Positions 29,647 to 39,390 of a stretch of 64,000 nt of DNA are shown here, in pieces; position 1 is the stretch's first letter, and the number at the start of each line of letters is the position of its first letter. The notes under the pieces are model-generated. The model was given only the letters and a program-made list of their open reading frames with translations. It did no database searches and was not told the origin of the DNA. The translations under genes were made by a program, and so were the position numbers. Source of the DNA: Candidatus Dojkabacteria bacterium (GTDB lineage: Bacteria > Patescibacteriota > Dojkabacteria > J137); NCBI GenBank assembly GCA_040006935.1, contig JBDTVZ010000003.1, forward strand, positions 139,988 through 203,987. Direction: 5' to 3'.

Positions 29647-29958
29647 TTAACTGACTACAGCTTCAGGTGCTTTCCTATCTGTTAGTCTGAAAACAATTAT
29701 TCCACTATCTATGTCATAAAGGCTTACTTTAATTCTGACTTTATCTCCTCTCTTAATCTCAATAAACCTATTCCTCATTTTACCTGAAACATAGCAAATT
29801 ACACTATGTTTTAAACCTTTAAAATCAACATCCACTTTATATCTCATTTCCGGGTATACGTGTTCAACAACACCTTCAAGGGTAATTTTGTCATCTTTCT
29901 TGATTTTTTGCTCTTTAACACCTTCCACTGCCGGTTTTTTGTTCATTTTTGTTTTCAT
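29647..29958 (-). CDS. infA: Translation initiation factor IF-1 with a ~30-aa N-terminal extension.
   Basis: ...GVVEHVYPEMRYKVDVDFKGLKHSVICYVSGKMRNRFIEIKRGDKVRIKVSLYDIDSGIIVFR matches the IF-1 S1-like fold sequence. Confidence 0.85.
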   Translation of the reverse strand: MKTKMNKKPAVEGVKEQKIKKDDKITLEGVVEHVYPEMRYKVDVDFKGLKHSVICYVSGKMRNRFIEIKRGDKVRIKVSLYDIDSGIIVFRLTDRKAPEAVVS

Positions 29959-30013
29959 TTTGAAAAGTTCGTGAATTCTACTAAATTAAATTGAATATAT
30001 CAATATGTTATGA

Positions 30014-30769
30014 CTATATTTCGCCCTTTTTCTTTTTCTCAGTTCTGAGCTTAATTCCAGTTATTATTAAAATAATAGCTAGAATAACTGTGAAAGCGCT
30101 GCCAAAGTCATCGCTGACACCAGTAACAGGTATGATTGTAGTCCCAGTAGTACTTCCGGTCGTTTGGTTCGGTGGAGGGGGAGGCGGTGTTGTCCCTGTC
30201 GTTCCGCCAGCAGTTGCAGTTTTTACCTGTACAGTAAGCTGGTTAGGTGTAAAAGCAACTCCAACTCCACTTTGTCTAATTAATCTACTTCCATTTACAT
30301 CCTGGAATATTTTTATAGTTGGGCTCCCTGCAGCTTGTGCTTGAAATTGTATTTCGGCAACATCTCTATTAACTTGAAAAGGATTCCCACTATCTACTTT
30401 AGCTATTAGAGTAATTCTACCATTCTGAGAAACTGTATTGTCAGTAGCAGGATCCGCCACAGTAAATATAGTATCTAATAGTTTAACTTGGGTACCGGTA
30501 GTGTTTGTGTCTTGATCAACAACTTGAAGCTTAGTTGAATCAAAATCGATAACTACTCGATACTCATTAATAGTTACGGTGTTTGTTTTAACTTCGACTG
30601 TAACTGTAAACTTCTCACCAACTTCTACAGATGTTTTGTCTGATCGTAAAAGCATGCTGGCAGTAACAGTACTACCACCGCTAACATCTATCGGTCCAAA
30701 CGTAGGCTGTGCAGCCGCATCTAGAGTTTGGGCTTTTACAATTGGAAATAAATTAATCAAATTGGACAC
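30014..30769 (-). CDS. Cell-surface protein with a Thr/Gly/Pro-rich stalk and a C-terminal sortase-type sorting-signal-like tail (IPVTG + hydrophobic + basic).
   Basis: ...TTGTTPPPPPPNQTTGSTTGTTIIPVTG-VSDDFGSA-FTVILAIILIITGI-KLRTEKKKKGEI. Confidence 0.55.
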   Translation of the reverse strand: MSNLINLFPIVKAQTLDAAAQPTFGPIDVSGGSTVTASMLLRSDKTSVEVGEKFTVTVEVKTNTVTINEYRVVIDFDSTKLQVVDQDTNTTGTQVKLLDTIFTVADPATDNTVSQNGRITLIAKVDSGNPFQVNRDVAEIQFQAQAAGSPTIKIFQDVNGSRLIRQSGVGVAFTPNQLTVQVKTATAGGTTGTTPPPPPPNQTTGSTTGTTIIPVTGVSDDFGSAFTVILAIILIITGIKLRTEKKKKGEI

Positions 30770-30882
30770 AAAAAACTACCTCAAATATAAGTTTAATAAC
30801 ATTATACATTTTTTCGAAACTTGAGCCAGGGTTTTGGTTATAATTTAATAGTTTTTAGTTCATAGCTTTTAGTTTTTTAGAA

Positions 30883-31683
30883 ATGACTCATTTTAAAATA
30901 TCAGTTGTAATCGTTACTTATAATAGTGAAAACGACATTAGAGAATGTCTTGATAGTTTAAAAGATCAAACTTTTAAGGACTTCAATATTGTAGTTGTAG
31001 ACAATGCTTCGAAAGATGATACAGCTAAAATTGTAAAAGATAATTATGCTGATTTTGTGCATTTATTAGAATTGTCAGAGAATAGATTCCTAACAGGTGG
31101 AAATAATTATGGAATGAAATTTTGTATAGAAAATTTTGAATCGGAGTTTGTTTTAGTATTAAATCCCGATGTTAAATGTGAGAGTAACTTAATCGAATCT
31201 CTACTAGTCCCAATGTCTGATCCTATTGTTGGAGCTACTGGTCCAAAGGTAAAGTTCTATCGAAATCAAAATGAAGGTTTAATAAACTCGGCAGGCCTTC
31301 TCTTTGATGGTTTTAATCAAGCGTATGATATTGGTTTTATGGAAAAAGATGAGGGGCAATTTGATGAAGAAAAAACTGTATTTGGAGTAACCGGAACTGC
31401 AATTCTATTTAGATCCAGCATGCTTAAAGAGATTGGTTTTTATTGGGAGAAAATTAAACTTTATTTAGATGAAGTAGAAATGTTTATTCGTATGCAAAAA
31501 ACTGGTTGGAAAGTAATTTATACTCCAAAAACAACAATACACCATAAATATATGCAATCTACTGATAAAATGAAGCTAGGAAGAGTAGAAAAGGTAAAAA
31601 AAGAAGCTTGGCTATGGATTGCAATGAGGCACTATTCTTTAAGAGCAAAGCTAGCTATGATTAAATTATATTTGTTTAAATAA
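30883..31683 (+). CDS. GT2-family glycosyltransferase.
   Basis: ISVVIVTYNSENDIRECLDSLKDQTFKDFNIVVVDNASKDDT (GT-A N-terminal signature with DxD). Confidence 0.8.
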   Translation: MTHFKISVVIVTYNSENDIRECLDSLKDQTFKDFNIVVVDNASKDDTAKIVKDNYADFVHLLELSENRFLTGGNNYGMKFCIENFESEFVLVLNPDVKCESNLIESLLVPMSDPIVGATGPKVKFYRNQNEGLINSAGLLFDGFNQAYDIGFMEKDEGQFDEEKTVFGVTGTAILFRSSMLKEIGFYWEKIKLYLDEVEMFIRMQKTGWKVIYTPKTTIHHKYMQSTDKMKLGRVEKVKKEAWLWIAMRHYSLRAKLAMIKLYLFK

Positions 31684-31686
31684 ATT

Positions 31687-32655
31687 ATGGAGACGGCAAT
31701 TATCATAGTGAACTATAAAACTCCGTGGTATTTAAATAAGTGTTTAGAAAGTGTTTTCGAAAATACTTCGGACTTTCATATATTTATCGCCTTAAATTCT
31801 AACGATGAAGCGTCTTTAAAAGTAGTTAATAAATTTAAGAAAAAATATCCAAACGAAATTACTGTAATTGATAATAAGAAAAATTTAGGATTTGTGGGTG
31901 GTGTAAATTCTGCTTATTCACAAGCAATAAAATATGAACGAGTATGTTTATTAAATAGTGATACTATAGTAACGCCTGAATGGTTAATGGAGTTGAATAA
32001 AGTACTTGATGAAAATGATGATGTGGTGCAAGTGTCACCAGATTCAAATTCATTTTATGTTGATAAAAGTTTATGGAGATTTTCAAAATTACTGCCTCCT
32101 TTTTTAAGTAGATTGTCTTACTTGCAAATTTATACTAATTCACTCCCAGTTTCTACAAACTATGATGATCGTTTTAAAGAAATAAAATTTTATGAGTACA
32201 ATGAGTTCTATAAATTCTGTGCTGGTTTTTGTAATGTTTTCAAAAGTAAATACTTTAAAAATTTAGGATACTTTTGCGATCCAAACATAGTTCACGGTTA
32301 TTGGGACGATTTTGATTTATCAATGTATTTAAGAAAATTTGGAACTATTGGTTGGACCAACAGTTCTTACGTTTTTCATTATGTAAATATAAGTTTTAAT
32401 AAAATATCGGAAGAGAAAAAAGGAATGAAAGAAGAGTTGAATCTATTGAATGGATTATATGTAATGGATAAGTGGTCCAAGGAAGTTTTGGAAGGAATAA
32501 AAGAAATGGGACCAGAAGAATTAGAAGCAAGGCATGATTCCTATGTTGTAAATATGGCTTTAAAATATTTAGAACGTGTAAAAGAAGGTGCAAAATTTAC
32601 AGAGTATATTCAAACAATTCCGGCAAAATCAATTGGTGAAAAATTCCTAGGTTAA
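31687..32655 (+). CDS. GT2-family glycosyltransferase.
   Basis: AIIIVNYKTPWYLNKCLESV...; a 3-nt gap from the upstream GT2. Confidence 0.7.
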   Translation: METAIIIVNYKTPWYLNKCLESVFENTSDFHIFIALNSNDEASLKVVNKFKKKYPNEITVIDNKKNLGFVGGVNSAYSQAIKYERVCLLNSDTIVTPEWLMELNKVLDENDDVVQVSPDSNSFYVDKSLWRFSKLLPPFLSRLSYLQIYTNSLPVSTNYDDRFKEIKFYEYNEFYKFCAGFCNVFKSKYFKNLGYFCDPNIVHGYWDDFDLSMYLRKFGTIGWTNSSYVFHYVNISFNKISEEKKGMKEELNLLNGLYVMDKWSKEVLEGIKEMGPEELEARHDSYVVNMALKYLERVKEGAKFTEYIQTIPAKSIGEKFLG

Positions 32656-34073
32656 GGTCTTACGATATAAACATTATTATCAAAGTTCACAACTTCGCTA
32701 CCTTTCAATTCTTTGAAAAAATCTTCAGATCTTTCAGAACTTTTCTTAAAAATATAAACAGCTTTTTCTTTATTATTAAAAGCATCGTCTACTCCGAAAA
32801 TTGTTGCATTATTTAAATCTCGGTTCGCAAAATATATTACTTCTGGAACATCTGCATAAATTTTTTCATCTGCTTTTACATAACTCCTTAACCAATCTCC
32901 AGCTTCAGTGATTCCAGGTTCTATTTGGCTTCGAGTTTGCTGATTAAAAATTAAACCACCTCGTGTAAATATTAGTCCTGAAAATATTACCTGCAAAATA
33001 CAAATCATAATTATGATTAGTGAACTTTCAATTCTTGATTTAAGACCCACTAATATCTCATTGAAAAATAAACAAATAGAAATTATTGCTAATGGAATCA
33101 CTGTTATGAAATATCTCATCAAGCCTGCTGTTCCAAATAAACCAAATTTCCAAAATAAAACTTGGAGAAGAAAAAATAATGAAAATGAAAATATAATCCC
33201 AAATTCAATCCATTTTTTATTTCTAAAATATTTAAAAATATAAACAGCTGAAATCATAAATAAAGTAATAATCAACGGGTCTAGTTTAAAAAATCCTTCA
33301 AGATAATATGGATAACCACCATGACCGTATTTACCTACGGTTAAAGGATATCCACTATCGATAATATAAAAAATTCTTCCAGTCATTAGAAATCCGAAGA
33401 AGTCCCATATAATAGTCGGCAATAATAATAAAATGAGATTTAAGAAATATGATTTAAAATTTATGAATTTCTTAAGTCTTAAATCATAAATCAAATAAAC
33501 TATGAATATCACAACAAAGAATAAGCCTTCAATTCTAACCAAAGGTAATAATCCAAACATTAAACTCGAAAGTTTGAATTTTTTCTTTAATAGAAAATAA
33601 ATTCCAGCAATTAAAAATAATGCAAAAATTGGTTCTGTCATAATGCTTAAGCTTCCTCTTAGCATGAGGAAGGAAAAATTAGTAAGAACTAGTCCTAGAA
33701 TTTGTATTTGGAAATTACATTTAAGCACTTCTAAAATTTTAAGTACCAAATAGCTTGTCAGTAAAGTTAATAAAATAGTAAGTATTTGCACTGGAAAAAG
33801 ATTCGTAATACCAAATACCATTATCACTAAACCGTAAAGATAAATATAGCCAGGTTTTGACCAAACACCAATTCCGATATTTAAATTATGAGGAAAGTTT
33901 GTAAATAAAGTTTTAGCCTCTAGGAAATGCATATACTCATCTGCTTCCCATCCAAAACCATTTAATTTGGTAAGCAAGAATATTTTAACTAGAAAAATTC
34001 CACAGAGAATAAGTAAGATGATTAAAGACTTATTTCTTAACAATTGTTTTGTAAATTTAAGTTGCTGAATCAT
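32652..34073 (-). CDS. GT-C fold glycosyltransferase, PMT/ArnT (GT39/GT83)-like polytopic membrane protein.
   Basis: About 12 TM helices. A first-loop FGWEADEYMHFLEAKT motif resembling the DE..H/F loop-1 motif of the PMT/ArnT family. Confidence 0.6.
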   Translation of the reverse strand: MIQQLKFTKQLLRNKSLIILLILCGIFLVKIFLLTKLNGFGWEADEYMHFLEAKTLFTNFPHNLNIGIGVWSKPGYIYLYGLVIMVFGITNLFPVQILTILLTLLTSYLVLKILEVLKCNFQIQILGLVLTNFSFLMLRGSLSIMTEPIFALFLIAGIYFLLKKKFKLSSLMFGLLPLVRIEGLFFVVIFIVYLIYDLRLKKFINFKSYFLNLILLLLPTIIWDFFGFLMTGRIFYIIDSGYPLTVGKYGHGGYPYYLEGFFKLDPLIITLFMISAVYIFKYFRNKKWIEFGIIFSFSLFFLLQVLFWKFGLFGTAGLMRYFITVIPLAIISICLFFNEILVGLKSRIESSLIIIMICILQVIFSGLIFTRGGLIFNQQTRSQIEPGITEAGDWLRSYVKADEKIYADVPEVIYFANRDLNNATIFGVDDAFNNKEKAVYIFKKSSERSEDFFKELKGSEVVNFDNNVYIVRP

Positions 34074-34147
34074 CTATTAATTGAGTACATTTTTGTGGTG
34101 AAAGATAGTAAAATTACCTCTATTCAATCAATTTTAACATTAAATTA

Positions 34148-34879
34148 ATGAGCAAATTATCAATTGTAATTCCTGTATGGAACGAAGAAAGAACTCTCGA
34201 AGAACTTGTGAGAAAGGTTTATTCAGTAGATCTTCCAAGAAACTTTGAAAAAGAATTTGTAATTGTTAATGATGGTTCTAAAGATAAGTCATGGCAGATA
34301 ATGCTAAAACTTGCTACTGAATTAAAAAATGTAAAAGCAATTCAAAATGAAAAAAATATGGGGAAATCTCAAACAGTTCGGAATGGAATCTTAAAAACAA
34401 CTGGAGAATTCGTAATTATTCAAGATGCAGATTTAGAATACGATCCAAATGAAATTCAAAATTTGCTAAAGCTTGCTTTAGATAAAAATCTAGACGTAGT
34501 TTATGGAAATCGATTTGGTAAAGATAACAAAGTAATCTACTGGTTAAATTATATTGGCAATAGATTTCTTTCAGTATTTTCAAATGTCTTTACTCTTCCA
34601 CGAGTTAAAGTTTGGATTCCAGATATGGAAGTTTGTTATAAATTAGTTAAGGGAGATGTTTTTAGAGAAATTGCAAAAGATATTACAGCGAAATCGACTT
34701 TTGGATTGGAACCAGAAGTTACAGCAAAACTTTCGAAATATAAAGAAAACGGAAAACATTTAAAATTTGGAATTGTTCCAATTAGTTACTTCCCGAGAAG
34801 TATGGCTGAGGGAAAGAAAATGCATGCAGTCAAAGATGGATTAAAAGCAATGGTGGAAATAATAAAATATAACCTATAA
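34148..34879 (+). CDS. GT2 polyprenyl-phosphate glycosyltransferase (DPM1/ArnC/GtrB-like).
   Basis: LSIVIPVWNEERTLEEL...VIVNDGSKDKS...IIQDADLEYDP; a short soluble GT-A of 243 aa. Confidence 0.75.
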   Translation: MSKLSIVIPVWNEERTLEELVRKVYSVDLPRNFEKEFVIVNDGSKDKSWQIMLKLATELKNVKAIQNEKNMGKSQTVRNGILKTTGEFVIIQDADLEYDPNEIQNLLKLALDKNLDVVYGNRFGKDNKVIYWLNYIGNRFLSVFSNVFTLPRVKVWIPDMEVCYKLVKGDVFREIAKDITAKSTFGLEPEVTAKLSKYKENGKHLKFGIVPISYFPRSMAEGKKMHAVKDGLKAMVEIIKYNL

Positions 34880-34881
34880 TC

Positions 34882-35601
34882 ATGAGTATTAAATCTAATG
34901 ATAAAATCTACGTAATCATTCCGGCTTTTAACGAAGAACCTGTCATCTCTCAAGTTATTAAATCTGTTCAACAAGAAGGCTTTGAAAACATAATTGTTGT
35001 AAACGATGGTAGTTTTGATAATACCTCAACCGTTGCAAAAGAAACTGGTTGTATAGTTTTAGATCATTTAGTTAATCGAGGAAAAGGTGCAGCAACACAA
35101 ACAGGAATGGATGCTGCAAAACTTCTAGATGCAGATTACGCCGTGACTTTAGATGCTGACGGTCAGCATAACCCTGCAGACATTCATGAAATTCTAAAAC
35201 CCTTATTAAGTAAAGAAGTGGATGTCTCTCTCGGGAGTAGGTTCTTAAGTAAGCAGCCCATTCCTTTTTCAAGAGTTTTTGCAAACAAAGTTGGTAATTT
35301 AATTACGTTTTTATTCTACGGTATTCATGTATCAGACAGTCAGTCGGGATTCCGTGGATATAATACCAAAGCTTTAAAAACAATTTACACAACTTTTGAT
35401 CGATATGAATTTGAATCCGAAATAATTCATCAAATAAATATTCATCAATTAAAATATAAAGAAGTTCCAATTACGGTTTCATACTCAAATTATTCTCAAA
35501 ATAAATGGAAGAATATAAACAAAGGGACTCAAGTTTCGCAAACATTTCTTAATGGTTTCAATATGCTTTTTAGAATGATTATTAGAAGTATTACAACATG
35601 A
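34882..35601 (+). CDS. GT2 polyprenyl-phosphate glycosyltransferase (GtrB/ArnC-like), second copy.
   Basis: IYVIIPAFNEEPVISQVIKSV...VVNDGSFDNT...TLDADGQH. Confidence 0.75.
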   Translation: MSIKSNDKIYVIIPAFNEEPVISQVIKSVQQEGFENIIVVNDGSFDNTSTVAKETGCIVLDHLVNRGKGAATQTGMDAAKLLDADYAVTLDADGQHNPADIHEILKPLLSKEVDVSLGSRFLSKQPIPFSRVFANKVGNLITFLFYGIHVSDSQSGFRGYNTKALKTIYTTFDRYEFESEIIHQINIHQLKYKEVPITVSYSNYSQNKWKNINKGTQVSQTFLNGFNMLFRMIIRSITT

Positions 35602-35945
35602 CAGAAATATTTACTTATCAAATTATAGTTCTAATAGTTTGCGCACTATTAGTTTTGAGAACAATTTATTATTTTCTAAAAGGAATAAAATCTTTTAGAG
35701 AAGTAATTCTAGCAATTATAATTTGGGGAACATTTAGTTTAGTTAGTTTATTTCCTGTTGTTCTTCAAGACTTTGCACATTTACTTGGTTTTCAGCTTGG
35801 AGTTAATGCTGTATTAGTAATCTCAACTATAATCATTTTCTTCCTACTCTTAAGACTAATTGTTCGTGCAGATACACAAGAAATGATAATTACAAGATTA
35901 GTTAGAAGTTTAGCGTTAGAAGATTTAATGAAAAATAAGAATTAA
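35598..35945 (+). CDS. Small 3-4 TM membrane protein accompanying the GtrB-like GT2 (DUF2304/GtrA-like role).
   Basis: Hydrophobic 115-aa protein; 4-nt overlap with the upstream GT2. Confidence 0.4.
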   Translation: MTEIFTYQIIVLIVCALLVLRTIYYFLKGIKSFREVILAIIIWGTFSLVSLFPVVLQDFAHLLGFQLGVNAVLVISTIIIFFLLLRLIVRADTQEMIITRLVRSLALEDLMKNKN

Positions 35946-35954
35946 TTTCTAACT

Positions 35955-37100
35955 ATGGAAAAGATTGCTCTGGTTCTATATTATTACCAACCGTACGTAA
36001 GCGGACTTAGCAAATATGCCCAGACGATTGCAGAGGAACTTGCTGCCTCCGGAAATTACGAAGTGACTGTAATTACTTCCAAATATGAATCTTCAATTTC
36101 TCCCAACGAAACTATCAATAATGTAAAAGTATTAAGAAAGAAAGTATGGTTGAGTTTTGGGAAAGGAGTAATTGCGCCTGGAATAATTTGGGAATTATTT
36201 AAAAAAAGAAATAAATTCGATAAGGTTTTTGTTTTTGTTCCTTTTGGTGAGGCTGGAATAATCCCATTGGTTATAAATAAAAACAAACTATTTTCATTTT
36301 ATGTTTGCGATATAAATCTAGGAAAAAGTTTTATTATGAAGATAGTGGAAAAAATATCTTTTTTGTCAGCGAGAGTTTTATTAAATCGTTCTAAAAAAAT
36401 AATTCCTCTAAGTGACGACTACATGTTTCATTCAAGGATATTTAAGGAAAATGATAAGTCTAAGGTAATTTCATTATTTCCAAAAATAGAAGAGCCAGAT
36501 TTATCCGTTACAAAAGATCAAGTTGCTCAATACAAGTCTAGATACGGAATAAAAGAAAATGATTTTGTAGTTGGATTTTTAGGAAGAATAGTTTTTGAAA
36601 AAGGAATTGAATACTTAATTGATACAGTACCTCTACTCAAAGACAAAATAAAAAATCTTAAAATATTCATCGGTGGGGATTATAAAAACGTTCGAGGTGG
36701 AAGTGTATACGATAATTTAAAAGATAAAATAGAAAGTTATAAAGAAAATATTATTGTTACTGGATTTGTACTCGAGGAAGAAAAATCTTTATTTCTCCAT
36801 AGTTCAAATGTTTTTGTTCTTCCAAGTATTGATCCATTGGAGGCTTTTGGAATTGTTCAAGTTGAATCCATGATATGCGATGTTCCAGTAATTGCATCCT
36901 CTCTATTTGGTGTGAGAGAAGTTGTTAACAATACTAAATTTGGTTTCCTGGCTTCCCCAAAATCATCGGAGGAGCTTGCCGAAAAAATTATGCAAGTTTA
37001 TGAAAATGCTGATAAACTAAAGCCGTACAAGGATGAATATAAAAAATATTATTCGAATGAAATTTGGAAAAAACAATTATATAAAATTTTAGCTAATTAA
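35955..37100 (+). CDS. GT4-family glycosyltransferase.
   Basis: C-terminal PSIDPLEAFGIVQVESMICDVPVIAS motif. Confidence 0.75.
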   Translation: MEKIALVLYYYQPYVSGLSKYAQTIAEELAASGNYEVTVITSKYESSISPNETINNVKVLRKKVWLSFGKGVIAPGIIWELFKKRNKFDKVFVFVPFGEAGIIPLVINKNKLFSFYVCDINLGKSFIMKIVEKISFLSARVLLNRSKKIIPLSDDYMFHSRIFKENDKSKVISLFPKIEEPDLSVTKDQVAQYKSRYGIKENDFVVGFLGRIVFEKGIEYLIDTVPLLKDKIKNLKIFIGGDYKNVRGGSVYDNLKDKIESYKENIIVTGFVLEEEKSLFLHSSNVFVLPSIDPLEAFGIVQVESMICDVPVIASSLFGVREVVNNTKFGFLASPKSSEELAEKIMQVYENADKLKPYKDEYKKYYSNEIWKKQLYKILAN

Positions 37101-37102
37101 CT

Positions 37103-37804
37103 ATGCAGTTTGTTAAAGAAGATCAAAAATATTTTAACTCAAAGTATTTCAATAATAATGGTCAAAGCGGAGATAGATTAGCTCTTCAATTTTACTTTGA
37201 TATTCTAAAAAATTATTTAAAAGACGGAAAAGTTTTTGAATTTGGTTGTGGTGAGGGATATTTGTCTAAAAGAATTGCAACTAAATTTGATAGTTATGCG
37301 TACGATTTATCTGAATACTGTAGAAATAAAACCAAAGAGATTTCACCAAAATCTACAATAATAAATGCTGAAGCTGATTTCCCCTCAGATTCTTTTAATG
37401 CAGTGGTTACTCTTCATACATTAGAACATGTCCCAAATCCGCCGGAAACATTAGCTCTATTAAACAAATCCTTAAAAGTAGGAGGAATATTATTATTTGT
37501 TGTCCCTAACCCAAATGGATTAGGCCATAAAATAAAAAGAGAGAAATGGTTTGGATATAGAGATACTACACATATTTCCATGTATGAAAGTAGCAAATGG
37601 AAAGAGTTAGTTAAGTCATCAGGGTTTGAAATTGTAAAAACGGCATCTGATGGATTCTGGGATGTTCCCTATGTAAAATATCTTCCAAATATCCTACAAA
37701 AATTAATCTTTTTCCCAAGTGCTGGAATACAAGTTATTCTAAAAAGACTCTTCTTACCCGATTGGTTTGGAGAAGATTTAATTATGGTTGCAAGAAAGAA
37801 ATGA
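37103..37804 (+). CDS. Class I SAM-dependent methyltransferase.
   Basis: Motif I VFEFGCGEGYLS. Confidence 0.75.
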   Translation: MQFVKEDQKYFNSKYFNNNGQSGDRLALQFYFDILKNYLKDGKVFEFGCGEGYLSKRIATKFDSYAYDLSEYCRNKTKEISPKSTIINAEADFPSDSFNAVVTLHTLEHVPNPPETLALLNKSLKVGGILLFVVPNPNGLGHKIKREKWFGYRDTTHISMYESSKWKELVKSSGFEIVKTASDGFWDVPYVKYLPNILQKLIFFPSAGIQVILKRLFLPDWFGEDLIMVARKK

Positions 37805-38181
37805 AAAAAAAATCTATGTTCACACTAATCGATATCATTCTCTTTATATCCATTACAATAATTGCATCTATTGCAAATGTATTATTAAAAATTGGATCCG
37901 GTAAATTTATTTCGTATATTAATCCTGTACAATTCGTAACAGACAACCTCACAATACTTTTGGGTTATGTTTTGTATCTTATTCCTTTATTTCTAACAGT
38001 TATGTTATATAAAAAATTTAAGGTGAGTTTAGTTCAAACTGTGGCAGCAAGTGTTTATATTCTGACTCCATCATTGGCTGTAATCGTAGGGGTGGAAAAT
38101 TTAAATATTTATAAAGTAATAGGAATTGGATTAATAACCACGGCAGTGATTTATATAGTAAATTTAAGCTCTAAAGAATAA
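37801..38181 (+). CDS. SMR/EamA-like 4-TM small membrane protein (ArnE/ArnF-like putative lipid-linked sugar flippase subunit).
   Basis: About 126 aa with 4 hydrophobic helices; ATGA overlap with the methyltransferase stop at 37801-37804. The tracked start at 37762 is probably too early. Confidence 0.5.
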   Translation: MKKKSMFTLIDIILFISITIIASIANVLLKIGSGKFISYINPVQFVTDNLTILLGYVLYLIPLFLTVMLYKKFKVSLVQTVAASVYILTPSLAVIVGVENLNIYKVIGIGLITTAVIYIVNLSSKE

Positions 38182-38522
38182 TGCAAATACTGGATATCTT
38201 ATTAATAATTATTGATGTGAGTATTACCTCTCTAGGTGGAGTATTCCTCAAAGTAGGGGCTACTCGCAAAAATTTATTGGTGAAGCTTTTCTTTGTTGGC
38301 TTAGGAATTGGGATTTATCTTGGAATGTCCTTCATTACAGTCTTCCTATATTCAAAATATAGCATTGTTTTCGTACAAACAGCATTAGCTTTTACATATG
38401 TGACAACTCCTCTATTTGCAATGATTTTTCTTAAAGAAAAGGCTAGTAAAAAGATATTTCTTGGTCTATTGCTAATTGTAATAGGTGTGTTCTTTGTTAG
38501 TTATGGAAACTCTATAAACTAG
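38181..38522 (+). CDS. SMR/EamA-like 4-TM small membrane protein, the paired partner (ArnE/ArnF-like).
   Basis: 113 aa with 4 hydrophobic helices; TAATG overlap with the upstream paralog. Confidence 0.5.
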   Translation: MQILDILLIIIDVSITSLGGVFLKVGATRKNLLVKLFFVGLGIGIYLGMSFITVFLYSKYSIVFVQTALAFTYVTTPLFAMIFLKEKASKKIFLGLLLIVIGVFFVSYGNSIN

Positions 38523-38538
38523 TTCTTCTGCTTTGGAA

Positions 38539-39390
38539 TTAAATCTTAAATGCCAGTATTCCCAACATATAAAATCCCCAAATAACTACTAAAGTAATTA
38601 GCGGTTTGCTTTTAAATAAAGCAGACACAGGATCCTCTACTAGCTCTCCTGAAAATAATTCATAGAAATAAAGCATGAATCCTAGTACAACAAAAACTAT
38701 AGAAAGTTCAAAGGCCAAGCTTTTGGTAGTAGTGTATAAAGAATAGAACAAAATCGTGCTGAAAGAGGCAAGAGTGAGTACATATTTCAGAAAGTCATTA
38801 GTGTAGTGTTCCAGAACTTTTCTACTAGAACTGCCATTATTTGCCAGTTCCGCGTATCTTTTCCCTGAGCCTAGGAATAAAGCAAAGAAAAATGTTGTTA
38901 ATAAAATCCACGAAGACAAATCTACACCTGTCACAATACCTCCTGCCAACACTCTGATAATGTAGAATACTGCGAGAACAATAATATCCACTACAGCGAC
39001 ATGTTTTAAGTAAGTAGTATAAAGAATGTTGAGTATTAAATAGGTCACTAGAATCAAAACAAAGCTTGTTTCTAAATATAATGCAATAAAGATTGAAATT
39101 ATCAAAAGAATAGCTGCTAAAACCCAAGCAAATGATACACTTATAATATTTGCAGCAATTGGTCGAGTTTTCTTTTTAGAATGTTTACGATCACTTTCAA
39201 CATCTCTAATATCATTGAAAATATAAACTGTGCTTGCCATTAGCGAAAAACTTACGAATGCAAGAATATTAACTAAGTCTTTATTGAAATGTATAAATTC
39301 ACCAGAAAATATTAAAGGAAGGAATAAGAATCCATTCTTAACCCACTGGTGAACTCTCATTAATTTTAGAATGCTTTTTAATTTCTTCAT
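38539..39390 (-). CDS. UbiA-family prenyl-phosphate 5-phosphoribosyltransferase-like enzyme (DPPR synthase / Rv3806c-like).
   Basis: NDIRDVESDRKHSKKKTRPIAANIIS closely matches the ND..DvE.DR.HP.K..RPIA signature of the decaprenyl-phosphate phosphoribosyltransferase subfamily. The start is assigned to MKKLK, giving an ATGA overlap with the PAP2 stop. Confidence 0.65.
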   Translation of the reverse strand: MKKLKSILKLMRVHQWVKNGFLFLPLIFSGEFIHFNKDLVNILAFVSFSLMASTVYIFNDIRDVESDRKHSKKKTRPIAANIISVSFAWVLAAILLIISIFIALYLETSFVLILVTYLILNILYTTYLKHVAVVDIIVLAVFYIIRVLAGGIVTGVDLSSWILLTTFFFALFLGSGKRYAELANNGSSSRKVLEHYTNDFLKYVLTLASFSTILFYSLYTTTKSLAFELSIVFVVLGFMLYFYELFSGELVEDPVSALFKSKPLITLVVIWGFYMLGILAFKI

